64,000 nucleotides of DNA from Candidatus Binatia bacterium. GTDB taxonomy: Bacteria; Desulfobacterota; Binatia; HRBIN30. The stretch is from contig JBEKBJ010000009.1 of NCBI GenBank assembly GCA_050015455.1, forward strand, positions 8,508 through 72,507. Direction: 5' to 3'. A program made the position numbers and the translations under genes. Of the stretch, positions 61,913 through 64,000 are shown one piece after another (the first letter of the stretch is position 1; each line of letters begins with the position of its first letter). A model generated the notes under the pieces. That model did no database searches and was not told where the DNA came from. It worked only from the letters and a program-made list of their open reading frames with translations.

Positions 61913-63676
61913 CTACTCCTTTTTGTCCCGCAGCTCGAGGATCCGGTGCACCCCAGTGACCAGATCCTCGGGGCTCACCGGCTTGTTCATGTAGCCGTCG
62001 GGCTTCTCGGCGTGAGCGGCGTAGATCACCTCGCGGAACTCCGGGTGCCCGGTGACCACGCAGATCAACATCGCCGTGGTGTCCGGGCTACCGCGAAGCT
62101 CCCGGAAGACCTCGACACCATCCTTGCCCGGCATGGAGATATCCAGAGTGATGAGGTCCGGCTTCTCCTTTCCTGCCAGCTCGATGGCCTGGTCGCCGTC
62201 CGTGGCCTCGATGATCGTGGCGCCGGCATCCGCGAGCACGGTGCTGATGAAGGTGCGGGCATCGTCCTCGTCGTCGACGACCAGGATTTTCCGGCCCTGG
62301 AGGGGCAGCCCGGGTTCCGGCTTCGCGGCGGCTTTTTTCCTGCTCACGGCACACTCCTCCAACACCAGCGCTCCCGCCACAAGGTCTACCAGTTGCACCA
62401 CCTTGCAATCAAGCTTGTAGTGCCTGATGACATCCGTGAGACCGTCGACGCAATTGTGGCACGAGGTGACGACGATCTTGGCGCCGGTGGCCGCGATCTG
62501 GTCTGCCTTAACCCTCGCCGACTTCAGGCGACGAGGCGTGTACTCGGACATCGACATGGCGCCGCCGCCACCCGTGCAGCAGTAGTTTTCGGTGCGGTTG
62601 GGGTGCATCTCGCGGAAATCGCTGACCACCATGTTCAGAAGCTCTCGAGGCTCTTCGTAGAATCCGCAGCTGCGAGCGTTGTTGCACGAGTCGTGGAAGG
62701 TGACCGGGATGGAATTCCTGGTCTTGTCCACCTTGATCCGACCTTCCCTGATGTAGCGGATCATGGTGACCACCGAGCTTTCCATGACGAAGTCCTGATC
62801 TGTTCCCGACCAATTCGGTCCTTCGCAGCGAGTCGATCGGTAGCCATGGCCGCACTCGGAGATCACCAGGCGCTTGCCCCGCAGTTCTTTGAATTTCTCC
62901 TCCAGGTGCTTCCAAGAGGCCGCGCCCATGGCATCATCGCCGGAGAAAAGTCCGAAATTCGTCTGATCCCAGCCCCAGGAGGGCATGGTCCAGTTCTCGT
63001 CCGCGGCGTAGAAGATCAAGGCGGCGTTGTTGATCGTGCGCGGGTCGTACTTCGCCTCACGTGGGTTGATTGTATAGACGACCTCAGCGTCCAGCTTGTC
63101 GACCGGGATCGCCGCCTGCTCGTCGCCTCCCACCTGGTCCACGAGCTCTTCCGAGACCCACTCCAGAGTCTCTATGTAGTCCTCCTCGAGCACCCCCATC
63201 TGGTTGCCGATCTCCCAGGTGTCTTTGCTGACCACTCGGACACCTTCCGGCATCACGCCAACCCGGGTCAGCAGGCCGCGCATGATCCGGTTGAGGGTGG
63301 CGGTGTCCACGCCCATCGGGCAGTTGAACGTGCAGCGCCGACAGTTGGTGCAAGTCCCGAAGGCGATGTCTTTGAGTTTATCCAGATCCTCATCCGTCAC
63401 GGGGGGATAGGCATTGACCCACCGGGGAAACACCCGGCCGGTCCAGTCGAAATGCCGCTTGAAGATTTTGCGCAACTGATCCGCCTTGTACGAGGGCGTC
63501 ATCTTGGGATCGTCGGGATGGGTCAAAACGTAATGACAGGCCTCGTTGCACATGCCGCAATGCACACAACCAACCAACGAACCCACTACCTGGCGCGTTA
63601 GCTTGGGCGCCAGCAGCTCCACCATCTTGTCGACTTTGTACGACCTGTTCTGATCGGCCATGGTTTCCTCCTTCAA
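61913..63676 (-). CDS. HmcF/DsrK-like Fe-S protein with CCG domain fused to a C-terminal receiver domain
   Basis: CVHCGMCNEAC and CTNCRRCTFNCP ferredoxin motifs, ECGHG, FHDSC, YCCTGGGG, SCHNC; REC domain ILVVDDE..ITLDISMP..YMNKP. Confidence 0.85.
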   Translation of the reverse strand: MKEETMADQNRSYKVDKMVELLAPKLTRQVVGSLVGCVHCGMCNEACHYVLTHPDDPKMTPSYKADQLRKIFKRHFDWTGRVFPRWVNAYPPVTDEDLDKLKDIAFGTCTNCRRCTFNCPMGVDTATLNRIMRGLLTRVGVMPEGVRVVSKDTWEIGNQMGVLEEDYIETLEWVSEELVDQVGGDEQAAIPVDKLDAEVVYTINPREAKYDPRTINNAALIFYAADENWTMPSWGWDQTNFGLFSGDDAMGAASWKHLEEKFKELRGKRLVISECGHGYRSTRCEGPNWSGTDQDFVMESSVVTMIRYIREGRIKVDKTRNSIPVTFHDSCNNARSCGFYEEPRELLNMVVSDFREMHPNRTENYCCTGGGGAMSMSEYTPRRLKSARVKADQIAATGAKIVVTSCHNCVDGLTDVIRHYKLDCKVVQLVDLVAGALVLEECAVSRKKAAAKPEPGLPLQGRKILVVDDEDDARTFISTVLADAGATIIEATDGDQAIELAGKEKPDLITLDISMPGKDGVEVFRELRGSPDTTAMLICVVTGHPEFREVIYAAHAEKPDGYMNKPVSPEDLVTGVHRILELRDKKE

Positions 63677-64000
63677 CCCCTGGCAACCGCCGGTGGCATG
63701 CTCCCCCGGTGGCCCAAAGTGCGGCCGATCCAGTACCGCGTGAAGGGGTAGTACAGGTAATGAGAGATTTTCGAGAATGGAACGTAGATCAGGAAGAAGC
63801 TGGTGGCAAAAAGATAGGCCACCCAGTAGCCTTCACCCTTCAACAACCCAGCCGTGTGAGCCGCGGCTGCAACGCCCACCCCGAACCAGATCGTCAAGGT
63901 AATCAAAGAAAAGTAATCGTCCGGTGTGCTGATGAGGCGTAGGACCGGCCTGGCGAAACGGCGTATGCCCCGGCCCACCGCCACCACGAAGGCGGCACCT
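63673..64000 (-). CDS. NarI/HmcE/DsrM-like membrane cytochrome b subunit (5'-partial)
   Basis: RLISTPDDY, hydrophobic helices, YVPFSKISH; ORF continues past the window edge. Confidence 0.75.
   Translation of the reverse strand, partial: GAAFVVAVGRGIRRFARPVLRLISTPDDYFSLITLTIWFGVGVAAAAHTAGLLKGEGYWVAYLFATSFFLIYVPFSKISHYLYYPFTRYWIGRTLGHRGSMPPAVARG

Noticed and set aside
57447-64000. Evidence for dissimilatory sulfate reduction
   Set aside because: No dsrAB in the window and the DsrC-like protein lacks the canonical C-terminal cysteine.

Overview
GC-rich bacterial chromosome window. Cys-flanked dockerin-like tails, a MYXO-CTERM-like anchor and the gene content suggest class Binatia or a related deltaproteobacterial lineage (inference). 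Housekeeping blocks: pccB-accC-accB-mcm plus pdaD and a DegQ-like protease, def, dnaB, sucAB-lpdA, plsX, rplU-rpmA-proB. Four accessory regions sit between them. (1) 3.4-12 kb and 23-31 kb: secreted modular proteins with cohesin-like and two classes of Cys-dockerin-like modules, including a membrane-anchored cohesin-like protein, suggesting a cellulosome-like surface assembly. (2) 39-55 kb: two paralogous multi-TM/GAF histidine kinases, each translationally coupled to a lipid-biosynthetic gene (a LuxI/FeeM-like acyltransferase and a FabF-like ketosynthase). The cluster also holds an atypical ACP, a second ketosynthase, a B12 radical SAM enzyme, an MMPL/LolA-like/beta-barrel export set, a shared promoter motif and an acyl-CoA dehydrogenase relic. 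This is the best candidate for an undescribed lipid-signal synthesis/export/sensing system. (3) A HEPN/MNT toxin-antitoxin pair. (4) 57-64 kb: an Hmc/Dsr-like redox module with two-component genes, a cysteine desulfurase and a tandem DsrC/TusE protein. Also seen: obgE cut after 19 codons at a REP-like element, a frameshifted dockerin gene, a ~260-bp duplicated leader and several REP-like families. No rRNA, tRNA or CRISPR array was recognised. All family calls come from motif recognition by eye, not database searches.
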